DNA of 64,000 bases from Fimbriimonadales bacterium. GTDB taxonomy: Bacteria; Armatimonadota; Fimbriimonadia; Fimbriimonadales; GBS-DC. Location: contig AP024673.1 in assembly GCA_025998675.1 (NCBI GenBank), forward strand, positions 1,990,562 to 2,054,561. The letters are read 5' to 3'. The notes beneath the pieces were generated by a model. It was not told the DNA's origin and did no database searches. It saw only the letters and a program-made list of their open reading frames with translations. Positions 10,967 to 20,664 of this stretch are shown here, piece by piece (position 1 is the stretch's first letter; every line of letters starts with the position of its first letter). The translations under genes were made by a program, and so were the position numbers.

Positions 10967-12040
10967 ATGCAGGTCTATCAGCTGTTTGAACCCGCAGAGC
11001 CGATGGCAATCGCTGAGCCGAGACAAAGGAATGTGCTGATTGTGGACGATGACGCGCTGGTGCGTGAGACGCTCCAGTTCGTGCTGGAAGATAACGGCTA
11101 CGCAGTGTACGCCACTCCCTCCGGCGCGGACGCGCTGCAGATTCTGGAGCAAAAGCCCATCGATATCGTGCTGAGCGATATCTTCATGCCGGGCATGAAC
11201 GGGTTCGACCTGCTGCGTCAGATGCGCAAGCGTGCGCCAGACATCCCGGTCATCCTGATTACGGGCTACGGGAGCATCGAGATGGCGCGCGACGCGCTCA
11301 AACAGGGCGCAAGCGACTTCATCACCAAGCCCTACAACATCCACGAGATTCCCATCATGATCGAGCGGAACCTCACGCGCCACTCGCTCCTGACCAGTCA
11401 GACGCGCCAGATGGAGGAAGAGGTGCAAAAATCGTATCGGGCGACGCTGGACGCGCTCCTGGCGGCGCTGGACATTCGCGACACGGAGACGGAGGGGCAC
11501 TCTGAGCGGGTGGCGGCGTACACGATGGCGATGGCGAACCGCCTCAAACTCTCGCAGGACGAGCTACAGGCGATTGAGCTGGGCGCGCTGCTGCACGACA
11601 TCGGCAAAATCGGCGTACCCGACAGCATCCTGTATAAGCCCGGTCCCCTGACGCCTGAAGAGTGGGAGATTATGAAACAGCATCCGGTGATTGGCTACCG
11701 CATGTGTATGAAAATTGACGCGCTGCGCCCTGCCGCGCCCATCGTGTTGCATCACCACGAACGCTGGGACGGACAGGGCTATCCCTATGGGTTGGCAGGT
11801 GAAGCCATCCCGCTGGGCGCGCGTATCTTCGCCATCGCCGATACACTGGACGCGATGACCTCCGACCGCCCCTACCGCAAAGCGCTCTCGTTCGGGCAGG
11901 CGCGCGAGGAAATCATCCGTTGCGCCGGACAGCAGTTCGACCCCGAAATGGTCAAACTGTTCCTCGAGATTCCCGAGGAGGAGCTGCGCATGATTCGCGA
12001 GATTAGCCTCGCGAATCGCCAGCAGCGCGCGGCGGCATAG
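10967..12040 (+). CDS. response regulator with HD-GYP phosphodiesterase domain
   Basis: REC domain 'VLIVDDDALVRE...DIVLSDIFMPGMNG'; 'HDIGKIGVP' and 'HHERWDGQGYPYGL' HD-GYP motifs. Start at the ATG with AGGGAGG RBS; the upstream part of the track ORF overlaps aroC. Confidence 0.85.
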   Translation: MQVYQLFEPAEPMAIAEPRQRNVLIVDDDALVRETLQFVLEDNGYAVYATPSGADALQILEQKPIDIVLSDIFMPGMNGFDLLRQMRKRAPDIPVILITGYGSIEMARDALKQGASDFITKPYNIHEIPIMIERNLTRHSLLTSQTRQMEEEVQKSYRATLDALLAALDIRDTETEGHSERVAAYTMAMANRLKLSQDELQAIELGALLHDIGKIGVPDSILYKPGPLTPEEWEIMKQHPVIGYRMCMKIDALRPAAPIVLHHHERWDGQGYPYGLAGEAIPLGARIFAIADTLDAMTSDRPYRKALSFGQAREEIIRCAGQQFDPEMVKLFLEIPEEELRMIREISLANRQQRAAA

Positions 12041-12059
12041 GGCAGACACACGCGCGCCG

Positions 12060-12254
12060 TCAGGCGAACCGTCGCTTCGTCGCGAACATCCGTTGCAACA
12101 GCCCTATCAGCCGCTTCTGCTCCTCGTAGCGACGCTGGCATGCGTCGCACTGCCTCATGTGCGTTTCCAGTTGCTCGGCGAGCTCGGGCGCAAGATCACC
12201 CATAATGTGGGACTCCATCAACTCCATGGCTCGCCTACAGGTCATATCAGCCAC
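12060..12254 (-). CDS. zinc-finger (zf-HC2-like) anti-sigma factor
   Basis: 64 aa, 'H..x3..C..x2..C' ('ETHMRQCDACQRRYEE'); 8-nt overlap with the upstream ECF sigma gene. Confidence 0.6.
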   Translation of the reverse strand: MADMTCRRAMELMESHIMGDLAPELAEQLETHMRQCDACQRRYEEQKRLIGLLQRMFATKRRFA

Positions 12255-12783
12255 CTTCCGTAATTATCGATTGGATAATCGGATGGGCTTTCAGACGCGC
12301 CAGCGCTCGGGTGATGCGCTTGCGCACGGCTTCCTCGTTCACGCCCATCTGCTGGGCAATCTCCCGATAGCTCAAGCCGACGCCATAACGCAACTCAAAC
12401 ATCTGACGGTCGCTTTCCGACAGCGTCTGCATCGCTTCCTGCAGCACAAAATACAGCAACAACTCATCTTCAGGGATGGAGTAAGGCTCCGATTCGTGTT
12501 CCAGCTCCAGTCCCAGCGAGTAGACCTCCTGTTCGCGTTTGCGCTGACGGTACCAGGTGAAGACCGCGTTCCGCACCACCGTGCGCAGCCACGGTTCCAT
12601 CCTGTCCAGATCGCGCAGACTATCCAGGTTATTGTAGACGCGCAACAGGCACTCCTGAGTCAAGTCCTCGACATCATCGTCGTTGGAGCGGCAATAGCAA
12701 CGCACCAGTCGCTCAATCCGCTCGCGCAGCGCTGTAAAGAACTGATGCTCCTCGTACAGCGATGTCCTTTCCGCATAGTACAT
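12247..12783 (-). CDS. ECF-type RNA polymerase sigma-70 factor
   Basis: Region 2 'DLTQECLLRVYNNLDSLRD...WLRTVVRNAVFTWYRQRK' and region 4 'LSYREIAQQMGVNEEAVRKRITRALARLK'. ATG at 12783 with GGAAGGAAGG RBS. Confidence 0.85.
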   Translation of the reverse strand: MYYAERTSLYEEHQFFTALRERIERLVRCYCRSNDDDVEDLTQECLLRVYNNLDSLRDLDRMEPWLRTVVRNAVFTWYRQRKREQEVYSLGLELEHESEPYSIPEDELLLYFVLQEAMQTLSESDRQMFELRYGVGLSYREIAQQMGVNEEAVRKRITRALARLKAHPIIQSIITEGG

Positions 12784-12887
12784 GGTAGCCACCTTCCTTC
12801 CTTTCGGCGCGCCCCCCCTATGAGAGGAGTCCGCCATCGATTAAAGACTCAACAACCGCCCAAAACCGGACAGCTTTCGAGCCGATT

Positions 12888-12920
12888 GGGGGCAATTTCC
12901 CTCAGATTCGGGGGAAATTG
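12888..12920. promoter_or_regulatory. perfect 11-bp inverted repeat GGCAATTTCCC-N9-GGGAAATTGCC upstream of the ECF sigma gene
   Basis: Seen directly in sequence, ~105-135 bp upstream of the sigma start. Function unknown; candidate operator. Confidence 0.25.
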
Positions 12921-13164
12921 CCTGCTTGGGGGTGGAATCCTGAACGCGGGAAAGGGAAGTGGCTCAGCGCACCGCTGAGTTGGAGAGTACCTCCCTACCC
13001 TACCGTTATAGACTCCGCCTGCCTCCCTGTGTTTCAATTATATATCGAATTGCGCAAAATGTCAAGAGGGAAGGAGGCAATTCTGGCAATTCTCGGGTTG
13101 GATGGATGCTGGCTCGGTGCGAGGTCGCCTGCTCAGCGTTGCAAGCGTCAACCGAACCCTCACC

Positions 13165-13195
13165 CCCAGCCCCTCTCCCGCAGGCGGGAGAGGGG
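13165..13195. terminator. GC hairpin CCCCTCTCCCGC-aggc-GGGAGAGGGG
   Basis: Perfect 10-bp stem; lies downstream of the minus-strand dockerin-protein gene beyond repeat B. No clear U-tract. Confidence 0.25.
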
Positions 13196-13217
13196 GGCGG
13201 CGCTCATGTTGTAATCT

Positions 13218-13395
13218 CAAGTGTCTTTGCAGTGAATTTTCAGCGACTCCCCTGTCCGCACATGCGCGTAATTTGGAGTGCTGAAGCGGGAGCTTCAGCC
13301 TCGCGGAAGCTCCGCTTCCGCACTCCATAAAGGCGGTGCTGCACGCGCATGTCGCAATCCTCGTGCAAAGACACTTAGTGCAACAGCTCTTAGCA
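13218..13395. repeat. palindromic intergenic repeat element, copy B (MITE/REP-like) with ~15-bp terminal inverted repeats
   Basis: TIRs 'caagtgtctttgcag' / 'gtgcaaagacacttag'; inner inverted 'cgcacatgcgcg'/'cgcgcatgtcgc'; central hairpin GCGGAAGCTCCGCTTCCGC. Homologous to copy A. Confidence 0.6.
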
Positions 13396-14289
13396 GCCCG
13401 TACCGAAGTTGAACAGCACAATCAGCAGGTCGGCGTCATCGACGATGCCGTCGTTATTGGCGTCGCCGTCGCCGCCCGCGTTGCCGAAGTTGAACAGCAC
13501 AATCAGCAGGTCGGCGTCGTCGACGCAGCCGTCGCCGTTTACATCACCCTCGACGCCGCCGCCAATCTCGTCGCCGATAATCTCAATCAGGTCGTAGCGC
13601 AGCGTGCCCCGTGAGGCATAGGTCGCACTGGAATTGTTAGGGAAGTTCGCCGCCGTGTACTGACCCGTGTTGGGGTCGAAGATGGTCACCACGCGGAAGG
13701 CGAACTGGCTGTTGTTGTTCACCGCCGCGTCGCTGCTCAGGTCGAGTTCCACCAGCGCGTTGTAACCGCCACTCGCGTCGGTGTCGCCGTGCCAGCGGTC
13801 GCCGCGGCGCGCCTCCAGCACGCGCGCGCGAGTCCAGTTCACGCCGCCGTCGGTCGTGTATTCCACCGCGAGGAACTTGGAGCTGGTGTTGCTCCAGCGC
13901 ACATCGAACTTGACCACGATATTCTCGTAGCCTGTGGTGGGCACGCTGACCACGATGCCCGCCTCGCCAGGGTTCTGACCCTGTTCAGGGTAAGTGGTGG
14001 TCTGCAGCGCCCAGTTGGGCGGGTTCGGGTGGCTCGAGTTGTTCGGATCCAGGGGCGAGCCGCGAAAGCCTGTGCCGTTATTGTCGTAGACAATCTGCGC
14101 CAGACTGATGGAGATTTGCGACTGCGCGGCGAAGACGCCGCCATCCGCCGCAAGCATCGCTGTTTCGTCCAGCGGGTTCGACTCGTTGAAGTTCCAGAAC
14201 GCCAGTTGGGTCTGCGCCAGCGTCGCGGCGCTCACGAGTGTCGCCAAGCCCAGCGCGCTCAACGCGCGCGCAATCGTATGTCCTTTCAT
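13390..14289 (-). CDS. secreted protein with C-terminal double dockerin-like repeat
   Basis: Signal peptide 'MKGHTIARALSALGLATLVSAATLAQT'; C-terminus 'DVNGDGCVDDADLLIVLFNFG...DANNDGIVDDADLLIVLFNFGTGC'. Confidence 0.7.
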   Translation of the reverse strand: MKGHTIARALSALGLATLVSAATLAQTQLAFWNFNESNPLDETAMLAADGGVFAAQSQISISLAQIVYDNNGTGFRGSPLDPNNSSHPNPPNWALQTTTYPEQGQNPGEAGIVVSVPTTGYENIVVKFDVRWSNTSSKFLAVEYTTDGGVNWTRARVLEARRGDRWHGDTDASGGYNALVELDLSSDAAVNNNSQFAFRVVTIFDPNTGQYTAANFPNNSSATYASRGTLRYDLIEIIGDEIGGGVEGDVNGDGCVDDADLLIVLFNFGNAGGDGDANNDGIVDDADLLIVLFNFGTGC

Positions 14290-14388
14290 TGGATGCCTCC
14301 GTATCGGTAATTCAACGGAATAGATTATACGCGCGGCGCGGTTAAGGGGATGTTAACAAGCCCCTGAGGGCGGGTACACTTCCTTGCG

Positions 14389-16944
14389 ATGCGCGCCGCC
14401 GTTCCCGAAACGCACGAGCCGATTGCGCAGCAGCTGGTGCAGGCGCGTCGCCATCTGGTGGACGCGCTGTTCGCGACTGACGCGCCCATCGAGGCGTGGA
14501 TGCGCCAGTACGCGACCGTGCTGGACAACACGCTGCGCGCGCTGTATCATCGCGCGTGGGCGCAGGCGGCGCAGGAAGCCCCCGCACCCCCCAGAAGCCC
14601 CCTCGCCGTGTTTGCGACGGGCGGCTACGGCAGACGCGAACTCGCCCCCTTCTCCGACATCGACCTGACTTTCGTGCCCGCGCAGGAAAACGACCCCTTC
14701 ACCGAGCGGCTGGTCAAATGGTTGTTTCAGGCGATGATGCAGGTGTTTTACACCGACGCGAAACTCAAGGTTGGCTACGCCTACCGCCTGATGGAGGACT
14801 GCGACGCGCTGGACCACAAGACGCGCACGGGACTGCTGGAGATGCGCCCGATTGAGGGCGACCCTGAGCTGACCGAGGCGTTCACCACGCGCTTCTGGCG
14901 GAGTCTGGACCCGACGGGCTTCACGCTGGAGCGCTATCGCGAGTGCCAGTCGCGCTGGGCGAAGCTCGGCGAGGGCATCCTGCGCACGGAGCCGAACCTG
15001 AAAGAGGGGCGCGGCGGGCTGCGCGACCGCCACACGCTGAACTGGATGACCGAAGCGCGCTACGGCGTCGCGCACGACCACGCGCTGGAGACGCTTGTTG
15101 CTGAGGGCGTGTTATCGCCTGCGGAAGCCGAGACGCTTGAACACGCCACACGCGCCCTGCAACGCTACCGCGCCTATCTGCACGCGCTGAGCGGCGAGGC
15201 GCGCGAGACGCTGACCCTCGCCAAGCAGAACGAACTCGCGGAACGGCTGGGCATGGAGCGCACCGCGCTGATGCGCGCGATTTACGCCGCGCTGGGCGAC
15301 CATGCCCGCCTGACCGAGCGCGCGATTGAGCGCCTCGTGAACGCGCCGCTGGTGCTGGGCGTCGGGCTGGACAGTATCCACCGCCAGATTACGCCCGCGC
15401 CCGCGCTGGAACGCGAGCCGCCCGAATGGCGCCTGCTGTGTTTCCTGCTGGCGCAACGGTATCAGCTGGGGTTGAGCCGCGCAATCGAGGCGCGCCTGGA
15501 GGAGTCGCTCCCCCACACGCCGCCGCCTGCTATGCCCATGGTCGGCGACGCCCTGCGCGAGCTGCTCAGCCGACCGGGCGAGGTCTATCGCGTGCTGGCG
15601 CCGATGGCGCGGCTCGGCGTGCTGGGCTGGGCGTTCCCGCCGTTCGAGCCGCTGATGACCCTGCCCGCGGGCGATCCGACGCACGACTACACAGTCGGCG
15701 AACATACGCTGCAGGCGATACGCCTGCTGGACGGCTACGCCCGCGGCGAGGGCAACCCGCTGTGGCGCACGATTCTGGAGCAGCTCGCCGCGCCGGAACT
15801 GCTCTACATGGCGCTGCTGCTGCACGACGCGGGCAAGCAGGACCCTGCACGCCCGCACGCCGAGGCGGGCGCGGATCTAGCGCGCCAGTGGCTGCCTGCA
15901 CTGGGCTGGAGCGCGGCGGAAGTCGACGAGGTGGAGTTTCTGGTGCGCCAGCACCTGCTGATGGCGCAGACCGCCCGCCAGCGCGACCTGCACCTGCCTG
16001 AGACCATCCGCGAGTTCACCCGCGTCGTGGATACGCCCGAACGCCTGCGGATGCTGTACCTGCTGACCTGCGCGGACACGCAGGCGGTCGGCGAGCGAAT
16101 CTGGACTCCGGCGCAGGCGAGCTTCCTGCAGGAACTCTATCGGCGCAGCATGCGCGCGCTGGAGGAGGGGCTGCCCGACGAGACGCCCGCGCTGACCGCC
16201 GTGCGCAAGCGAGTGCAGCGCGCGCTCGCCAAACATCCACTGCCCGACGCCCTCGTCGCCCGACACATCGAGCAGATGCCCTCGGGCTATCTGCTGAACA
16301 CGCCCCCGGAGCAGATTAGCCTGCACATTCACTATATCGAGCGCGTGCGCGCGGGCGAGGGACCCGTCGCCGAGTTCCATAACGCGCCCGAATTGCCCTA
16401 CACAGAGCTGACGCTCTGTACCTTCGATGACCCGCAGCCGGGGCTGCTGAGCAAAATCGCGGGCGTGCTGTACGCCTACGATGTGGAGGTCGTCTCGGCG
16501 CGGGTGCTGACTCGCGAGGACGCGCCGCGCGTCGCGCTGGACACCTTAGGGCTGACCGTGCGTTCGCGCCCGTTGCTGCCCAACCAGTGCGCCGTGCTGG
16601 AGCGCGCCCTGCAAAAAGTGCTGCGCGGCGAGCAGGCGGTCGCCGACCTCCTGCGGGAACACAACAAAGACCCCGACGCGCCCCTGCGCGTGAGCCAGCT
16701 CCAGATTCACGACGACGCCTCCGACGCCTACACCGTCGTCGACCTGCACACGGCGCCCGATCTGGGCGCGCTCTATCGCGCGGCGCACGCGCTCTCGCAA
16801 CTCGGCTGGAACATCCACAGCGCGCGCTTTGGGCTGTGGGCGGGGCGCGCCGTGCTCAGCTTCTACTGCACCGACACGCAGGGACGCAAACTGACGCCCC
16901 AGCAGCACGCCGCGCTGCGCAACGCGATTGCACAGGAGCAGTAG
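14389..16944 (+). CDS. glnD: [protein-PII] uridylyltransferase / uridylyl-removing enzyme GlnD (NTase-HD-ACT-ACT)
   Basis: 'GGYGRRELAPFSDIDLTFVP' nucleotidyltransferase motif; HD domain 'LLLHDAGKQ'; two C-terminal ACT-like segments; 851 aa. Confidence 0.8.
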   Translation: MRAAVPETHEPIAQQLVQARRHLVDALFATDAPIEAWMRQYATVLDNTLRALYHRAWAQAAQEAPAPPRSPLAVFATGGYGRRELAPFSDIDLTFVPAQENDPFTERLVKWLFQAMMQVFYTDAKLKVGYAYRLMEDCDALDHKTRTGLLEMRPIEGDPELTEAFTTRFWRSLDPTGFTLERYRECQSRWAKLGEGILRTEPNLKEGRGGLRDRHTLNWMTEARYGVAHDHALETLVAEGVLSPAEAETLEHATRALQRYRAYLHALSGEARETLTLAKQNELAERLGMERTALMRAIYAALGDHARLTERAIERLVNAPLVLGVGLDSIHRQITPAPALEREPPEWRLLCFLLAQRYQLGLSRAIEARLEESLPHTPPPAMPMVGDALRELLSRPGEVYRVLAPMARLGVLGWAFPPFEPLMTLPAGDPTHDYTVGEHTLQAIRLLDGYARGEGNPLWRTILEQLAAPELLYMALLLHDAGKQDPARPHAEAGADLARQWLPALGWSAAEVDEVEFLVRQHLLMAQTARQRDLHLPETIREFTRVVDTPERLRMLYLLTCADTQAVGERIWTPAQASFLQELYRRSMRALEEGLPDETPALTAVRKRVQRALAKHPLPDALVARHIEQMPSGYLLNTPPEQISLHIHYIERVRAGEGPVAEFHNAPELPYTELTLCTFDDPQPGLLSKIAGVLYAYDVEVVSARVLTREDAPRVALDTLGLTVRSRPLLPNQCAVLERALQKVLRGEQAVADLLREHNKDPDAPLRVSQLQIHDDASDAYTVVDLHTAPDLGALYRAAHALSQLGWNIHSARFGLWAGRAVLSFYCTDTQGRKLTPQQHAALRNAIAQEQ

Positions 16945-16973
16945 CCTCTCCCCTGCAAGGTACACTTTACCCC

Positions 16974-17750
16974 GTGCGGATTCTGTTTCTGGCGGACATC
17001 GTGGGGCGCACGGGGCGTCAGGCGGTCGCGAAGGTGCTGCCCGAATGGCGCGAACGCTACGCGCCCGACATCATCTTAGCCAACGGTGAGAACGCCGCGG
17101 GGGGCAAGGGTATCACCGCCGCTGTCATGAACGACCTGCTCGCGCTGGGCATCGCAGGCTTCACGACGGGCAATCACATCTGGGACAAGAACGACATCTA
17201 CCCCCTTCTGGACGCCGACCCGCGCATCGTGCGCCCTGCGAACTACTCGCCGCTCGCGCCGGGCAAAGGCGTCGCGCATTTTGAGGTGCTGGACAGGACG
17301 CTGGCGGTCATTTCGCTGGCGGGGCGCGTGTTTATGGAAGACGCCGACTGCCCCTTCCGCAAGTTCGACGAGATTCACGCCCAGCTGCAGACGCCGTTCG
17401 TGTTTGTGGACTTTCATGGCGAGGCGACTTCCGAGAAGGCGTGCTTCGCCTACTATGTGGACGGGCGCGCAAGCGCGGTCGTCGGCACGCACACCCATGT
17501 GCAGACCGCCGATGAGCGCATCCTGCCCAACGGCACGGCGTTCATCACTGACGCGGGCATGTGCGGCGCGTTGCACTCGTCCATCGGCATGGAGCTGGAG
17601 CCGTCCATCCGCCGATTCCTGACCGGGATGCCCGCCCGAGGCGAGGTCGCCAAAGGCGCGGCAGTCGTGTGCGGCGTGCTGATTGATCTGGACCGCACTA
17701 CGGGCAAGTCGCTGGGCATCCAGCGCCTTCAGAAGCGACTATCTGAATAG
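16974..17750 (+). CDS. ymdB: YmdB-like metallophosphoesterase (TIGR00282, 2',3'-cyclic nucleotide phosphodiesterase family)
   Basis: 'VRILFLADIVGRTGRQAVAKVLPEWRERYAPDIILANGENAAGGKGIT'. GTG start 30 nt after the glnD stop; the long N-terminal extension in the track is an out-of-context Arg/Ala-rich read-through. Confidence 0.8.
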   Translation: MRILFLADIVGRTGRQAVAKVLPEWRERYAPDIILANGENAAGGKGITAAVMNDLLALGIAGFTTGNHIWDKNDIYPLLDADPRIVRPANYSPLAPGKGVAHFEVLDRTLAVISLAGRVFMEDADCPFRKFDEIHAQLQTPFVFVDFHGEATSEKACFAYYVDGRASAVVGTHTHVQTADERILPNGTAFITDAGMCGALHSSIGMELEPSIRRFLTGMPARGEVAKGAAVVCGVLIDLDRTTGKSLGIQRLQKRLSE

Positions 17751-17769
17751 ACTCTATGGAGGTTCCCCT

Positions 17770-19203
17770 ATGAAAACGACCGTTGTCTGGTTTCACAGTG
17801 ATTTGCGGATTGCGGACAACCCCGCGCTGTATTATGCGGCGCAGCGGGGCACGGTTGTGCCGGTGTTCATCTACGCGCCTGAAGAGCAGGGCGAGCGCGC
17901 GCCCGGCGCGGCGCGCCAGTGGTGGCTGCACCATTCCCTGCAGGCGTTGGAGGGGTCGCTCCAGCAGCGGGGTGTGCGGCTGGTGATTCGCCGCGCGGCG
18001 CAGAGCCTGCCCGTGCTGGAGCAGATTCTCACCGAGACGGGCGCGGACGCGTTATACTGGAATACACGCTACGAGCCGCAGCTGTGGGCGCGGGACGAGC
18101 GCGTTCACAAGACCCTGCGCGCGCGGGGCATCGAGACGCGCGAGTTCCCCAGCTACCTGCTGCACGACCCCAACGGCGTGCGCACCGACTCTGGGCAGTC
18201 GTACACAGTGTTCACGCCCTTCTGGAAGCGGATGCTGCAGGTGGTGGATGTGCCGGAGCCGCTGCCTGCGCCGGATACCCTGCACGCGCCTGCGCAAACG
18301 CCCGCTTCGGAGCCGCTGGAGTCGCTGGGGCTGCTGCCCACAATCGACTGGGCGGCGGGCTTTCGCGAGACATGGCAGGTGGGCGAGGCGGCAGCGCATC
18401 GGCGGCTGGAGTGGTTCCTGCGCAACGCCGTGGAGGATTATCACGCGCTGCGCGACCGCCCTGATCTGGACGCCACCTCGCGCCTGTCGCCCCACCTGCA
18501 GCACGGCGAAATTACCCCGCGCCAGATCTGGCATATGACCCTGCACCACAGCAGAGGCAGGTGGACCAAAGGCGTGGAGCATTTCCTGCGCGAGGTCGGC
18601 TGGCGCGAGTTCGCGTACCATATTCTGTACCACCATCCGCACACCCAGTCCCGCGCCCTGCGCGCCGAGTTCGATTCGTTCCCATGGACGGAGGTCGCCA
18701 CGCCTGCGTATAAGGCGTGGACGAAGGGGCGCACGGGCATCCCGATGGTGGACGCGGGCATGCGCCAGCTCTGGCGCATCGGCTGGATGCACAACCGCAC
18801 GCGCATGATTGTCGCCTCGTGGCTCACCAAAAACCTGCTCCACCACTGGCGGCTGGGCGAGGCGTGGTTCTGGGACACGCTGGTGGACGCCGACCCGGGC
18901 AGCAATGTGCTGGGCTGGCAGTGGACTTCCGGCTGTGGGGCAGACGCCGCGCCCTACTTCCGCATCTTCAACCCCGTGATTCAGGGACGCAAGTTCGATC
19001 CCGACGGCGCGTATGTGCGCCAGTGGGTACCTGAGCTGTCGAACCTGTCGACGGAATACATCCACGCGCCGTGGGAAGCGCCCGCGCATGTGCTGCGTCA
19101 GGCGGGCGTGGAGTTGGGCAAAACCTACCCCTACCCGCAGGAGCCGCTGGACGCGAGTCGCACGCGCGCCCTGCAGATGCTGGAGCAGTGGTCGAAGCGG
19201 TAG
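17770..19203 (+). CDS. phr: deoxyribodipyrimidine photolyase (CPD photolyase/cryptochrome family)
   Basis: 'VVWFHSDLRIADNPALYYA' N-terminus; FAD-binding 'WREFAYHIL...DADPGSNVLGWQWTSGCGADAAPYFRIFNP'. GGAGG RBS before the ATG at 17770. Confidence 0.9.
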   Translation: MKTTVVWFHSDLRIADNPALYYAAQRGTVVPVFIYAPEEQGERAPGAARQWWLHHSLQALEGSLQQRGVRLVIRRAAQSLPVLEQILTETGADALYWNTRYEPQLWARDERVHKTLRARGIETREFPSYLLHDPNGVRTDSGQSYTVFTPFWKRMLQVVDVPEPLPAPDTLHAPAQTPASEPLESLGLLPTIDWAAGFRETWQVGEAAAHRRLEWFLRNAVEDYHALRDRPDLDATSRLSPHLQHGEITPRQIWHMTLHHSRGRWTKGVEHFLREVGWREFAYHILYHHPHTQSRALRAEFDSFPWTEVATPAYKAWTKGRTGIPMVDAGMRQLWRIGWMHNRTRMIVASWLTKNLLHHWRLGEAWFWDTLVDADPGSNVLGWQWTSGCGADAAPYFRIFNPVIQGRKFDPDGAYVRQWVPELSNLSTEYIHAPWEAPAHVLRQAGVELGKTYPYPQEPLDASRTRALQMLEQWSKR

Positions 19204-19217
19204 GCGCGCGGCGGGGA

Positions 19218-19823
19218 TTACTCCTCGCTCGCGGCTTCGGCGGCGGCTTCCGCCTCCTGCTCCTCGGCGGTCTTCGGCGCGGCGACCGACGCTATCGTCA
19301 CATCGGGGTCGTCCAATGCCTGCACGCCCGGCGGCAGCTGGATGTCGCGCAGGTGAATCGAATCGCCGAAGTTCTCCAGCGCGGCAAGGTTCACATGAAT
19401 CGCCTCAGGAATGCGCGTCGGCAGACACTTCACGCGCAGCTTCTCGACGGGGTGAATCAGCACGCCGCCCGACTTGAGCGCGAGCGACTCGCCCTCCAGC
19501 ACGATGGGCACTTCGGTCTCGATGGGTTCGTCCATCGCCATCGCCCACAGGTTCACATGGCGGATGCGCGCCGTGATGGGTTCGCGGTCCACCTCCCGCA
19601 GCAGGGTGTTGAGCCGCTCGCCGTTCAACTCCACCTCGATGAGGTGCGTCGTGCCCGCGTGATGCAGCACACGCCCCAGCGTGCGCTCGTCGAACTGCAC
19701 GGGCGTCGATTCGCCGTTGGAGCGGAACACCACCCCTGGCACGCGCCCCTGTCGGAGCAGTTTTCTCGCCTTCTTGCCTAACAAAGTGCGCGGTTCCGCC
19801 TTGATTGAGTAGGTTGTTGCCAT
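19218..19823 (-). CDS. rplY: 50S ribosomal protein L25 / general stress protein Ctc
   Basis: 'LGKKARKLLRQGRVPGVVF...' L25 fold with acidic Ala/Glu C-terminal tail. Confidence 0.85.
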   Translation of the reverse strand: MATTYSIKAEPRTLLGKKARKLLRQGRVPGVVFRSNGESTPVQFDERTLGRVLHHAGTTHLIEVELNGERLNTLLREVDREPITARIRHVNLWAMAMDEPIETEVPIVLEGESLALKSGGVLIHPVEKLRVKCLPTRIPEAIHVNLAALENFGDSIHLRDIQLPPGVQALDDPDVTIASVAAPKTAEEQEAEAAAEAASEE

Positions 19824-19881
19824 CGGTTGCCTCCTCTATATCTGGAATCGACCGTAGAGTATACCCGACGGGGACGGACAG

Positions 19882-20664
19882 CTATCCGAATCGCCCGTGA
19901 ATGTAGTCTTCGGTCTCCGCGCGCGCAGGGCGTTCAAAAAGTTGCCGGGTCTCGCCCCACTCAACGACCTCGCCGTACATCAGGAAGCCTGTGTAGTGGC
20001 TGATGCGCGCCGCCTGCTGGAGATTGTGCGTGACCACAATCACGGTGTATTGCTTGCCCAGCTCGGTGATGAGTTCCTCGATTTTCTGGGTGCTGATAGG
20101 GTCCAGCGCGCTGCACGGCTCGTCCATCAGCAGGATTTGGGGCTGCACAGCGAGCATACGAGCGATGCAGAGCCGCTGCTGCTGCCCGCCTGACAGCGCC
20201 AATCCACTCTTACTGAGTTCATCTTTCACCTCGTCCCAGAGCGCGGCTTTGCGCAGAGCGTCTTCCACAACCTCCTGCAGGGCGCGCCCACGCAGACCGT
20301 AGTGCAGACGCGGACCCAGCGCGACATTCTCGAAAATGCTCATCGGGAACGGATTAGGCTTCTGGAACACCATCCCGACCTCACGCCGCAGGCGTGTGAG
20401 GTTAATCCGTCGGTCGTAGATGTCCCTGCCTTTGAGCAGCACCCTGCCAGTCATCTCCGCGTTGGGGATTCGGTCGTTCATGCGGTTCAGGGCGCGCAGC
20501 AGGGTACTCTTGCCGCATCCGCTGGGACCGATCAGCGCGGTCACGGCGTTTTCAGGAAACGCCAGACTGACCCCGCGCAGCGCGGGCTTGCCGTTGTACG
20601 CCACAGAGAGGTCTATCGTTTCTATCGCCGTCTTCTGTTGAGGAATCGCCATCGTAGCCATCAT
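19882..20664 (-). CDS. pstB: phosphate ABC transporter ATP-binding protein PstB
   Basis: Walker A 'GPSGCGKST', signature '[16 protein letters not shown]', '[12 protein letters not shown]'. ATG with GGAGG RBS; ATGA overlap with pstA. Confidence 0.95.
   Translation of the reverse strand: MMATMAIPQQKTAIETIDLSVAYNGKPALRGVSLAFPENAVTALIGPSGCGKSTLLRALNRMNDRIPNAEMTGRVLLKGRDIYDRRINLTRLRREVGMVFQKPNPFPMSIFENVALGPRLHYGLRGRALQEVVEDALRKAALWDEVKDELSKSGLALSGGQQQRLCIARMLAVQPQILLMDEPCSALDPISTQKIEELITELGKQYTVIVVTHNLQQAARISHYTGFLMYGEVVEWGETRQLFERPARAETEDYIHGRFG

Noticed and set aside
12918-13214. 98-aa ORF in the sigma-factor/repeat intergenic region
   Set aside because: No RBS-start combination. Composition is driven by the palindromic repeat and GC hairpin; likely non-coding.
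16587-16973. N-terminal 129-codon extension of the ymdB ORF in the track
   Set aside because: Overlaps the glnD C-terminus in another frame and is Arg/Ala-rich. A GTG start at 16974 gives the canonical YmdB N-terminus (VRILFLADIVG).
18052-19089. 345-aa minus-strand ORF
   Set aside because: Antisense to the photolyase gene, which has strong family signatures.
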